Below, piece by piece: positions 26,243-38,580 of a stretch of 64,000 nucleotides of DNA. Source of the stretch: Ancylonema sp. (lineage: Eukaryota); contig JBFLGF010000017.1 of assembly GCA_050230475.1 (NCBI GenBank), positions 1 to 64,000 on the forward strand, read 5' to 3'. Under the pieces are notes generated by a model that was not told the DNA's origin, did not search any database, and saw nothing but the letters and a program-made list of their open reading frames with translations. How positions within the stretch are numbered: the stretch's first letter is position 1; every line of letters starts with the position of its first letter. The position numbers and the translations under genes are program-made.

Positions 26243-27471
26243 TGTTGATAATTCAAGGTCTTCCGCGGTCGGATTGAAGTAGTATTGCAGATTGAGTCTC
26301 TACTGAGATATCAATATTATATTTATCACACGTCTCGGCGGTCTGGTGAAATTCACTACTCAACGCTAAGGGCAAGCTAACAGATGGTTTATAGTACAAA
26401 AGTCTGTGAAAATACTATAAAGCAAACAAGATAGTCTGGTGCAGACTATCAAGGTTAACAGCCGTAAGAGTTACTTTCGGTGCGAAAGCAAAGTATCCGA
26501 CGGCGCGTCGATAAAAGATGCTAGCTCAGAAAGAGCGTCAGCAGACAGGTGTAAACAACAAATGCTGGCTCGGAGCGAGCGACAACAAACACACACACAC
26601 AAAAGAAAGTGCCGGTTCGGAGCGAACGCAGGCAAATCGACATATGCTTTACACACACACGCACGCTTGTTGGCTCAGAGAGAGCGTCAGCGAATCGATG
26701 TAAGAAATTACAATCGATTGCAAGGCTGGCTCAGAAAGAGCGTCAGCAACATATTCAAATGAATCAAATTACACACACACAGATTGCAAAGAATGATTTG
26801 CAAACTTACCGTATGGCTGACGGATGTGAGGCTGAGACGGAAGACGAGCACGTTGCGAAGTCGCGTAAGCGAAGGAAATGGGGATGCAATATTCACAGAA
26901 TTGCAAGAGTGCCCTAACCTTATTCAGATAACACAGTATTCAATTTCCTTTATAAAAGATTAGTTGGAAGGTACTCACCTCCATTTCTTAACAGCGCAAT
27001 CCCATGACCGCGCAAGCGGAAGCTGGCAGATCTGAAAGTACGATTGACTTTTATCTCAAAAGTTGTTGCGCGGTGCTAACCGGCATAGTTAACTAGAGTT
27101 AAGCTACCGAAGATAACGACAGGCTGGCTTCTAGAACATTACAATTAATCTCGGCGCTACGATGAAAACGGCGCGAGATATTTCTCTAGTTCTACGACTG
27201 GATTTAATCGCCGGGATTATCGACAAGTCGAAAGGGACTTGTGATTTTACAAAAATAGACACACAGCTATTTGTTGAAGACTGCTGGATTCTAGACTTTG
27301 GAAAATACGCCACGCGTTATTTTCGAGTCGTACAAATTTCGTACTTCACTATTTTTCTTGTACTAGTTCTAGAAAATCGTTATATCATGCTCTCGTTATA
27401 GCAGAGTATTAATCTAGAGGGGTTTCTGGTCAATCTGGGGTTTCTCCTTAGCGATCTCTAGCGTTATGACA
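26243..27471 (-). mobile_element. Gypsy-type LTR (same family as 38581-39715)
   Basis: Reverse complement begins TGTCATAACGCTAG versus TGTTATGACGCTAG at 38581; collinear similarity over ~1.1 kb including internal GCTGGCTCAGAAAGAGCGTCAGC repeats; left boundary approximate. Confidence 0.7.
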
Positions 27472-29104
27472 CTTTTGTCATGTTCTTATACAAACTCGTA
27501 TGCTGCTGTTTCCCAGCTCCNATGTTTTTACTCCATGACCAAGATATAATGCGATTAAGATGTTGCCTCGTACAACTCTTAGCACTTCCCTTCATCTTTG
27601 ATGTTAACTCCGTTTTTTTTTTTTAATTTGTCATCTAAGTTTCCCGAAATCATTGCCAAAAATTATCAATTATAATCACCGGATTCCCGGTTTTTTTTTA
27701 ATAATCATAGACAAATTAACTTGTTTTGGAAAAAAAAAATCCATTTACGGTGCCTTGTACGGTATCTCGGTTTCTATAGTTTTACGATACCGTGGGTGGC
27801 GAGTGGCATAATTGCCACCGTACGTGAATTAGCGTCACCAACCCACGGCCTCTCTCGATACTACGCACGACGATTTCTTTACTGTTTTCCTTGGCTGCCA
27901 CGATTCATACACCTCGAGGGCACACCCCACCGATTTCTAAAAGAGATCGAAGAATTTGTTGCGCTTACATTCTTCCGTATATTTCGTAATATGAAAATAA
28001 AAAAGGGATTTTATTGAGGGTCTAGGCTAGGATCCTATTGGTTAGTGGTTAGAGAACCGCCAACCCTTTTCCCAACCGTTCGACCGATCCAGCCGCCACC
28101 CAACCATCCACCCACCACCCACCCGTTTAGAATGGTGACAGTTGGAACGGCTAGACGACAGTTGGGAAAGCACCTTTAAAGGGCATTAATGTTGTGCCTT
28201 GGATATATTGTAAGGCATAATTGAAGTTGTCAGGGATTCTTACGCATCGATTGTACTAGTGTTATACGCACTCGGTTAAGCTCGATTGTGAATGGTGTAT
28301 TGAGCTCACATGTTTCTTGAATCATAGTGATGTTTAAAATTGGCACAATGTTATTTTTCAACCGGGGGTTGACATGTGTAACCTTACAATTATGAAATAC
28401 AGAGTTGAAGGTTGAATTTAGAATCCTATTTTTTTTTCGTGAAATATCGCACTGGACAAAGTTTTCTTACACACAAAAAATCGAGAGTCCATAAACATTC
28501 ATGAATAGTTTGCTCCATGTGTACCGGACCGGGTAGATTAAACTAATGGTTCAATATGCCTTGACGCACAACTAAAACATATTGCCGCTCTTGAAATTAT
28601 GGATCCGGTAACTTGAACAAAAACTTCAAGGTTGAGGGGTGCCCAACCGAACCATGCCCTCAATTCCCCATCTTGTTCGGATCCGTATCGAGTCCGATCC
28701 GGATTGTGGTATTAGATCGGATATTTTTAATCGGATTGGGGACACTCGTTTTGGTGAATGATAGCATTGGTAAAATACTACAATAGTCATAGCCAAAGCT
28801 TCATTGCACGGCCAATCCACCCACTACAAGGGATTCGGAAGTGCAACTCGCTAAGGCAACACAAGAAACAAGTGTTAACATGGTCATCCCGTTTTCAAAC
28901 GTTCTGGCGTTTCCATGACTTTGGTTTTCAGAATTGCATGTTATCTATATTTGCACCCATAGAAGGACTTCACGTGAGTATTGAATTGATCAACGGCTAA
29001 GTATTTGAATCATATATGCGCAAACAACGCCATTACATGCAAGTAAAGCACGTATCCAATACATGTGTTCAAGGGCCAAAAAACTATTTCAGCAATCCTT
29101 GCTT

Positions 29105-31550
29105 TCAAGATAATGTTGTATTAGCACTTGCACTAATATTGCTTGACTTAACAGTTCTCAAGTGGAAAGCATTTTCCATACTTTCCAACACAAACTCTTT
29201 TTGGTCTCTCGATGTCCATCCCTTGGCAGCCTTGTACCATGGATACATACACATCTGGTTCCCCTCGTCATAATACCAAAGCCCTTTTTGCTTGGCTCGA
29301 AGGGTCTTATTATTCCTCCCAAAAATCCAATTGTTATGCAACGTAGCGCACCCTATCGCTATACACCGATGAACAGTGTCAATGCGCTCCCACAACCAAT
29401 AAACTTTCCCATTTGGGTGGAGTTTCCTCGTCCTCAACCCATTCTTGGGCCACACGCACGCGTCCGTCCCATCTTTAAACGCCCCATCTATACCACACAA
29501 AACAGCGTAGAAACTTGGTTGCTCCGTGGTATTGGTTGTAACCCCATGGGCGATGATCGCCTTGAACGCCTCTATGATATTGGGTTCTGCCCGCGCAATG
29601 TAGAATCCGGAGTTGATGGCCCCCCCAGGCATGAGCGACCCATTGCCTCCATTGTTCGGATACCGCGGGCGCGACATATCTCTTCGAACGGGAAAAGTAC
29701 CCGGGCCCGTGGCCTCAAACTCTGGTAGGGGGTCTTTAAACCACACAATGTCCACGTCGGACCAGAGAACATTGTAACCCAATTTGAGGACTTGAAGAAC
29801 GAGTCGGGACTTGAGTTTGGTGATGGATTTGAAACAATGTGTGCCGAAGCCACAAAGAGAGGAGTTGAACCCGGAACCTCCCAAGCCCTGGAACTGAGAT
29901 TTTGGGTCGTAGAAAACGGCCAAACCCATGTCTAAACCAAACTCATACTCTTACTCAGAGTCTAAGGCGGCCACCAGTGGGGGAGGGGGATTCAGGCGCC
30001 TCAAATTGCATATAAAAGACATGAGCATGTTCTTATAGGAATGAGAAGCTGCAACGAGTGTCACGATCTTGCGGCTATCGGCCACAATGGGGAGAAGGAC
30101 TTTAAGGGATTTCTTGGGAGGGCCGGCTGTTGCCATCTCCTTACTCCACCTGGACTTGGGACCTGCGAACGAGATTTGGTTGCAGATCCAGCTTTTTGCG
30201 GGGGGGGAGGGGGTGCCGTCGTCGGCATGATGGGCTGAAGGGATCGAGGATTTGGGGTCGCACGTCACTTTTTTTACTGAGAAGATTACAGATCCTGAGA
30301 GGGGAAGGGAGAAGAGAAGGGGGAGTGGGAAATCAGGTGAAGGAATTTCATACATATTTTTGGGTCTATGTTGTCGGCCAAGCGCTAGAGTCGGTTGCAC
30401 TGCCATGAGAGCTTCTGCCAGCAGCCTTTCTCCATCCTTGGGATGGAAGTGCGAAAGTTCGATGTGGATGGAGGGAGGAGGGGAGGGGTCAAATACATTT
30501 TCCGATCATGGCCAGGCACATATCCTTCCTTTGACCCATAAAGGTAGGGGAAATTCTGAATAGCAGACGTTTAAAACCTTGCCCTAGAGACCTTGCCCTT
30601 TTGTGGGAAGGAGTGTAAGGCCTTCGCCTCGAGTGGTCGTGCTTGACTCTCCGGTACACAAATGGGGGAATCGTTGAGTTGATGAGAGGAGTGTTGCCGT
30701 GATTCCAGGCCCAGAAACCGACCTGGCCACCGTCGACCGCGTCATTCGCTTGGCGAGGAAGTCCCGCACAGCGCGCTCGTTCACTAACTCCGTCAGGATG
30801 TCGTCAGGATCCATGAGACCCCGCGGAAATCGCGGGACTTCGCTCTGTGCAGCCACTAGCACGTGATCTCTACCCGGCATTTCACCAAATGTTTTTTTGA
30901 TGGCCGTTATTGTGTCCTGGAGCAACACCACGTCAGAGCCAATGACCATTGAGTGGGTCGTGGTGACCGCGTGCGCGCGCGCGACCAAGCTGTTGAATAA
31001 GGGTACCCCTGTGTAGCTGCTATCCACGTTGCGCTCCACAGATATATGCCTGACCTGGCGGCTGAGGGCATGAAAAGAATGATGATTGCCGACCAGCGAG
31101 ATGTGAGGGGTAGGGATCAGGTGCGTCCACGATAGTATGGCGCGCTTTTGACGCTCTCCGGCTAACCCCACGAGGAGCCGTTATAATCGTTAATGAAAAG
31201 TTATGTTTTCCCTGAGGCTTCGTGTCCATTTTCTCTTGTGCCAAAGACGCAGCTCTATCTGGGATTGCAGCCGGCTGGACGACATCAATGGAATCTACCC
31301 CCTTCAGTGACCACGTTAGGCGTCGCCTATACATCGAGGTATCGGCACCTATCATCGCAATTTCGTCGCTACGACATTTGTGGAACTCCTCTGACTCATC
31401 TGCTGCGTAAGTTCCTGTCGAATCCTGTGTAGGATCAGCTACTAAGAAGAGGAAAAAAAACAGTGAAAATATCCGTACGCCATTCGGCCTGACTTGCCAG
31501 AGTGATGAGCCAGTTAAAGATTCGCTGAAAATAGCGAAGAAAGATGACAT
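29105..31550 (-). pseudogene. RAY1: Disrupted GT77 nucleotide-diphospho-sugar transferase, beta-arabinofuranosyltransferase RAY1-like
   Basis: FGTHCFKSITKLKSRLVLQVLKLGYNVLWSDVDIVWFKDPLP, INSGFY, EQPSFY, LHNNWIFG, GLWYYD; N-terminal TAPRG / RQKRAILSW / PLFNSLVARA; in-frame TAA at 29951-29953 and frameshifts among four ORF pieces. Confidence 0.8.
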
Positions 31551-32112
31551 AGAAGAGTAGCGGGGGGTATACCCGCCCTATGCGGGTCAAAAATGGCTAG
31601 TATACACAACAATGTCAACGGAGGCGTTTTCAGGACAGGGGATTCTGGACACAGGGGGATAAGTGTTCTGGCGTAGAGTTCTGGGATGTTACTCATCGAA
31701 ACACAAGTACCACCGAGGAATGTGATGCCAGTAGAATCCACTACTGTTTATTACAGGCTGCTCTTCCATGGCTTGATCCTTCGATGGTTAAAGCATAGCA
31801 AAGCGTAGCAAGTGTTGGCGAGAATACCTACCTGTGCGAAATAATATTATTAGTTCTCCGTTCCGGATATATGAATGCAGACAAGTATTTCTGGCAATTC
31901 CCCGTACCCGTCGGTTTCCCGGCGAATGTTTGACGTCTCGCCGTATCGATGTGTCCGACTCGCCGTGTCAGAAGGGTCTGGTGACGTGTCGAACAGCTTT
32001 GTTACCAAAGGCCAAGGTGGTGACAGGTCACCTCCTTCACCTCCGTAAGTTGCACAACGGACTTCCACTACGCGTGCGTCACACAGTTTTCTTTAATAGC
32101 TCGAGGTACGTA

Positions 32113-34621
32113 ATGGCGGTAGAAACTAAGTGGATCACTGAGTTTCTCAGGACGCGCGCGGCGGAGCGAGCTGTGTGGATGTCCTTGGTGTTTGTCCTTA
32201 TAAATTTCGCCCTGTCCGACCACTTTCTCTCTGGACTGCTCCATGGCAGCGACATCACTGATGTAATAGACACTTTAACTTCCAGCGCAAATGCTGAGCA
32301 AATAAATTCCGCAGGATCCCAGAATACACATGTCTTGCCCGAGGCTTTAGACGCAACGTCAGCTGTAAGAGAGACAGAGGGGGTTGGTCAAGCTCGTACA
32401 TATAATCAGATAAAACCAAACGATTGTAATATGGTGAGCAACTGCACGGCCGAGATTGAACGGCTGTCATTGGTCATGGATGGGCTTGAGCGCGTTTATG
32501 GCCTGGAGTCGATGAGGACCGGACTCCTGATGGCTGGGGGGCAGGTGAGATACAACATTCTCTGTAAACGCAAATACAGCAGCCTCGCAGACATGACAGA
32601 ACTCAATATCAACCCTAATATTATTGTTCTTCATATTCTAAGCTCATATTCTATTTTAATAATCTATGACCCAGATACAAAAAAACTACTGAGGTCCACG
32701 TTAATCAGGGATCATTATCTCCGAGCGTTATGATTAAATGATTCCTCTCCTGTGAGGGCAATTTGAACGTTATAAACTCAGTTGTGCGAGGTTTTGAACT
32801 TTTAAGGAGAGGCTCTAGTGGCAAATGTGGCTTCAGTTTGTCTTTTTCTCATAACTTTATGGGGTTGTGTTCGCATGTTTTCAATCAATTTCTGCAATCT
32901 CCTTTGTCATATGAAAAGAACGTGCATTGTTGATTACGCACAGCATATGTTTTGAGGCATCCATAAATTTGCCATCATCTTGACCACTTGTGCTACAAAC
33001 CCTTGCAAGGTTCTTGTTAGAGCTGCTTCCCGTGCTTCTAGGTCATACAATATTGGCATATCCACAAATGTAACACACTATATAAGTCACAATGTAACAA
33101 GCCATGGAGTGCATTCTGCGTGTTGTAAGGATGTATAAACTTTCACACGAATTCATGTGAAAGGTGACAATTCAAACAATCCTCCAATCCGCAACAAATG
33201 GCCAATTTTATGGCCAATTTTATGCCCATATCATCTAGCCAAAATATTTTATTCTCCACCCGGACAACAATCTTGTCCATTCCCAACACTCCTACCCAAA
33301 CGCCTTTCTTCAGAGAAATCGAACGTTGATCTTCCTCCACAAACTCAAGGCCGGAAAGCAAGTGACCATTCTCGTGCTTGGTGGTTCCATCTCTGACGGA
33401 TCCATGCTGGATAAGGGGAAGGGTGATCGCACGTTCCCCGCCCATTTGGAGCAACGAATCAATGAACTTTTCCCCTCTCACTCCGGCGGGCACCACAAGG
33501 TCTACGTGGGAGCAATGGGCGGGGGAGGCTCTGGTGTCCATTACTACTGTGCAGACAACATCATAAAAAAAAAATATTGCACTACATTGCCACGAGAGCC
33601 TGGAGTTGCTTCCGCTACAAATGAAACAGCTTCGACCACTCCATCCAACGAAGGAGACTGCAAGGCCTGCGTAAGAGATGTACAGGAAGCGGATCTCGTG
33701 TTGCTCGAACTTGCACCAAATGACTACGTTGCACTAGAGCCCAAGAGTCATCCGAATACGACAGAGGCAGAGGGGAGTGTGTTGCGATACGAGGAGGCTC
33801 TTGTGCGCCGATACCTGTCTCAACCCTCGTCACCTTTGGTGGTGTTCGTCAACTTCGCATTTTGCGATGCTCACAAGTCGCGAGCCGAGTTGTTGGGGAG
33901 ATTATCTTTGCCGGTGTTGAACCGTGTTGCCGTGCACTACGAGGTGCCAACCGTCAGTTTCGCCCATGCGTTTGCGCAATATATATATCCCGTGAATCGC
34001 ACCTATTCGTGCCCGAAAAACCAAACATGTCCGAATAATGATTGGATAGCGGATTTCATTCATCCAACGGATCGCGGACATCGAGCAATGTCGGACCTCA
34101 TCTCATATCTCTTGTTAGAAAAAATCGTTGTGATCATGCGTTCGGTTCACATGGAAAAGCAAATGAATGCAAAGGCCGCTCCGATTCCGAGTAGAACAAT
34201 CGGAGTTCACAAGTATGGGTCTCACTTACCCAGAAGCCTTCTTAGCCGGCAAGTAGATACACAATCTGTTGAGGTGTCAAGTGACTTACCACAAATGCTG
34301 CCTAGTAAAGATACATACATTCTTAGAAGTCGCGGAAATAGTAGTGGGGATCGGAAATCGCTTGCAAGTTCGCCCAAATCAAATCTCAACCCGAAAAGCA
34401 TTGAAACAACAGTGTCAAAGAAAGTTGAGCAAGTGCCAACAACTCTCGTTAATTGCCCCTGTTGTATAGAATGTACTCTTGTAGAAGCGATTGTTGGTAC
34501 ATTGCCCAACCCGTTGGTCGTTCAAGAATCGAGTAAACCAATGTGCTCTCTCGCGACAGAGTGGAAGGTTCTGAAGAGACAAAAAAATACGCCTATGAAT
34601 GTGTGGAAGAGATGTGGTTGA
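32113..34621 (+). CDS. SGNH/GDSL hydrolase-like protein with N-terminal membrane anchor (exons 32113-32544, 33314-34621)
   Basis: Hydrophobic AVWMSLVFVLINFAL; phase-0 GT-AG intron; SGNH blocks VLGGSIS, AMGGGGS, LELAPND, DFIHP; 3' end uncertain. Confidence 0.75.
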
Positions 34622-35332
34622 TAACTTTGGATAGGCATCCATAAATAAGCATCCAAAGATAAATAAATAAGCATCCATCAATCATTGGATGTTTTCATGT
34701 CTGGACAATTTTTTTTTGGACCCAATTAGGTCGCTAATGAGTTAGCCAATGATCTAGAGTGAAACATTTATTTTCTGCAACTTCATCGATAGGACTCAAG
34801 GCATCTAAACCTACGAGTAAAATTCATCGACTTGATTTTTTTAAAAAAAAGACAAGGTTTTTTTATTTCATCGGTTTTTATTGATTTCATCGGTTTTGCA
34901 AATCTCATCGACAGTTTTTGTGTTGAACCACCGTGCAAGCACACCGTACAAGTCATCCCCATCACAAGAGCCTACCCACCGTGCAAAAAACTACATAGCC
35001 GTGCCATCCCCCCTAGGCACACCCCGTACTCGCATAGTCGCACCAAATCGGCATGCGACTACCGAGCACCGCTCCGTGCAACTGCGCCTAGTCGGATCCG
35101 GAATGGTGTAATCCGAATCATCAAGAGAGGAGACCGAGACTGGTGAGATTTATGTATGTTGTGCAACTAAGAAGAAGGCATGCAAGGAGATGTAATTGGG
35201 GTTTCGTGCCGAATGTCGGCCTTACTATGGAATATTTCAATTCACCACAACGAAACTTTTCGGTAAGATCACCAAAGACACGACCGCCCTTTTCAACTCG
35301 TACTTTTTGCGTGACATCGCCCCCCTTGCCTA

Positions 35333-37558
35333 CCGTACTGGCCAACTTTAATACCCCACTGATGAATTATTTCTGGCTGGGGTGGGGCAAGAAAAATAAT
35401 TCGAGATTTGAGATTTTGGGGTATTATCCTAGGTCCGGTAGGTCCGGTAATTCGTTTATTGGGACTTGTGGGGTATTATCCTAACATTTTGTCAGTTGGG
35501 GTAATAGCGGCGGCAAGCTCTAAATACATAGCGGCACGAATATGTCAAAAAAGTCCGGATACGCTGTATTTGATACGTGATACGTATCGGATACGTGGAT
35601 ACGTCTGGTTGCCAGAGCGTTTTAAAAATAATCCGCATCTGAAAAATTAATAGACAAAAATCCGCGTAAACCCCATGAAAAAAAAACCCTCAGGTTTGAT
35701 ATCCACACATATTTTCCACCGACACGAGACTCACCGTCCGACAAATGGTAGACGACAGAAAAAAGCATCTCTGTATTGTCTTCAATCACTGAATGAACAT
35801 CGGAATGCACTGTCCCTGGTCAATATATAGGAATTGCGGCATGAATATCTCGGGGGTCGTTCCACCGATGGGCGGTGCCGACCTCAAACAAGTGTCGTGT
35901 ATCGTTTGGCCACACATATCCGATCACTATAGACAAATGCAGACAATATTCGCTGGAGATGCCGTAGGGAGGCGGCTCCATTGACTAATGTCTCCATTTG
36001 TCTAGAGTGATATGTGTTCCAGAACGTTCTCTGAACGTGCGCATGGCGGCACGAGCAAAGCTTTCCATCTACCAAAATCAAGAGCAGAACTTTGCAGATC
36101 CGGATGTCTGGAAACTGACGGATGAAGGCAGCGAATCCCAGATTCCGAATTGGCAATTTTGGAAGCAAGAAGGTAGAATATCTTACCCTTTTAAAGCATG
36201 TCGGAAGAGCAGGGTGTGTTTAGAATAATTGTGGTTGTGCATCTGCTTGGGATATGTCTTCATTGTGTTCGATGTCTTTTTTGTCATCGTGTCAATTCCC
36301 ACCCCGTGTGAACTAATGGCATACCTAAACTGCTTGGCTTGCAGGGTGTTACGTGTCTCACTTGAAGAAGATTGCCCGGAGAATTACTGCCATGGTGTCG
36401 AGTGCAGGAGCGTGTGAGAGAGTTTGGAGCACATACTCGTGGATACATGACAAAAGGAGGAACTCGTTGACTGCTGAAAGAGCCAATGACTTGGTGTATG
36501 TCTACACTAATAGGAAGTTGATAGATAAAAATTGAAGTTAAAAATTTGGGAAAGCTGAGAAATTCGCTGCCTGGGTAGGGGGAGAAAGCGATGTGGAGTA
36601 GATGATGTGTATAAGTGAGTAGAAATTTGAGGGTGTGGTATAAAATTTCTTTATGAATCGTCTGTTTAGGCGATTATCAGAAATTGGAATGTACTCTCTC
36701 AAATTTCTAAGGAGAAAGTGTGAACGATGTGAATATTTTACTGTGTACTTGTCATGTTGATACAAATTGACAGTGAAAAGAAGTATTGTTTTTTAAGGTG
36801 CTTGAAAAAGTGCAATTCAATAAGCGGAATCGTGATATGAAAAATATGGACGAGAAAAATGAAACACAAGATGAGACGGGATTTATTTTATTTTTTTCCA
36901 AATCGGATACGTCCGTACAATAAACGGATACGTCCGTACATCCGTACGACGTATCGGATACGGCGGGATACGGTACGGCACGTATCCGGTTTCTAGGGGA
37001 TATGTCAAATGGGGACGAATCCGACGTATCCCCGTATCCGTATCCGATACGTATCCCCGTATCCGTGCTGCTGTGTCTAAATAATAGGGATTTTTGCCGT
37101 TCCTGGCAAAATGAATGTACCAGAATTCATGTAAACATTTTTGTGCATATATGCATGGTCATTCCACACAAAAGCGAGAAAACATGTAAAAAAACAAATA
37201 CCGTGTGCCCAAGAGCCGAAGAGCCCACGATTCGTGGACCTCAAGAGCCCATCAAATTGATTGCGGGGTCATGATTCTAGACGCATTTCAATTTTCGAAG
37301 CGCGGCCGTTACCTATTACAGACTTAAATGGATATAAGGGCTATTATTGAGCCCACTTAGGGTCCAAAAATAAATAAAAATCCCGTTACCGGATTGGGGT
37401 ATTAAGTCGCTGGGGTAATGTAATTAATACCTAAAAATGAGTTGGGGTAAGGGGGTGGGGTAACATTAACTAATTATATTTGGCTGGGGTAAGGGGGTGG
37501 GGCGTGAATAAACATATTGTTTGGGAAAGGGGTGGGGTATTAAAGTTGGCCAGCACGG
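35333..37558. mobile_element. Non-autonomous Tc1/mariner-superfamily element with TA TSD
   Basis: TA|CCGTACTGGCCAACTTTAATACCCCAC ... GTGGGGTATTAAAGTTGGCCAGCACGG|TA; subterminal TGGGGTA repeats. Confidence 0.85.
35527..37075 (+). mobile_element. Internally deleted hAT element retaining the dimerisation-domain coding region
   Basis: TIR CATAGCGGCACGAATATG / CGTATCCGTGCTGCTGTG; perfect 8-bp TSD TCTAAATA; GGATACG subterminal repeats; 36353-36535 SSAGACERVWSTYSWIHDKRRNSL. Confidence 0.92.
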
Positions 37559-38580
37559 TATGTTATTTAAAGATGTTTGACTTAAATAATTCGATAGGGT
37601 AGGGCACTTAGCCGATGTGTGGGTGACAGTGCGGTACTAGTAGCAAGTTTGAGGCTCTACTTCTAGCCTGATGACAATTGTAGTGCCGTTGGCATCGGAT
37701 GTGCACGTTACTCAACGCATGTCACTCATTAAGGTTGTTGTGTTTGTCCGTTACGGGTAGATCTGAATGCGTCTGTGGGGAATGCTCGATTGGGTATATC
37801 CTCACACATTGATGAAGTAAACCTCACTTATGGAGCCTAATGTTAGGACCCTAGCTACAATCACTAGGGCTCCCTAGCGAGGCTCCCACACTTAGCGCTA
37901 GAGCGCTACTAGAGCATATTCCCTTATATCGAATTATGTCCCTCTATAGCGAGATGTTTGTCCCTAGAAGCCGCCAAGAAATTGTGCCTTTAGCCAGACT
38001 TGATGTGTCATTAGTACATTCAAAGTGAGTTATCCCACATTGTTCCTAGAGTCGACTAGGGCCGACTTCCCTATATCTAGCCGATAGGAATGCCTCCAGA
38101 GCATTCCTATCAACTCATGTACTTGCACCTTTGTTGTGCCTACCATACAACCAAACCATCATCCATCGGTTCTTTCGGTATCCTATCCGTTGGCTCGTTT
38201 CTCCATTCTATTGAGTGTGCACTTGCAACTTAGTTTGCTAGGGGCTCAATGCATTCCGCCCCTAACACCTAACGTACCCGGCTGTTGTTCTCAACCTTGA
38301 CTATGTCATTCACCTCACCATATTTGTGTCACTTGATATGTGTTTGCGATCGTTCTGGTATAGTTTAAGTTGTCTTGTGGTCCCGCTGCGCAATTCAAAC
38401 GTCTTTGCATTGCGCATCCACGAAGTAGATTTGCTTTTGGATTTCGTTAGCCCCAAAAAGTTAGGACCCAACTATTAGAAAGAAACTGCGACATTGTGGT
38501 TGTATGGTTGATCAAGCTTCTTAGTCATGCAACGACGCCGGATGACTAGGTAGAGACAACACACCACCCGGCGACAACGG

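Noticed and set aside
26510..26750. Spaced ~23-bp repeats (GCTGGCTCAGAAAGAGCGTCAGC) resembling a CRISPR array; also at 39240-39470
   Set aside because: Repeats are degenerate, spacing irregular, spacers related between the two loci, no cas genes; they are internal LTR repeats.
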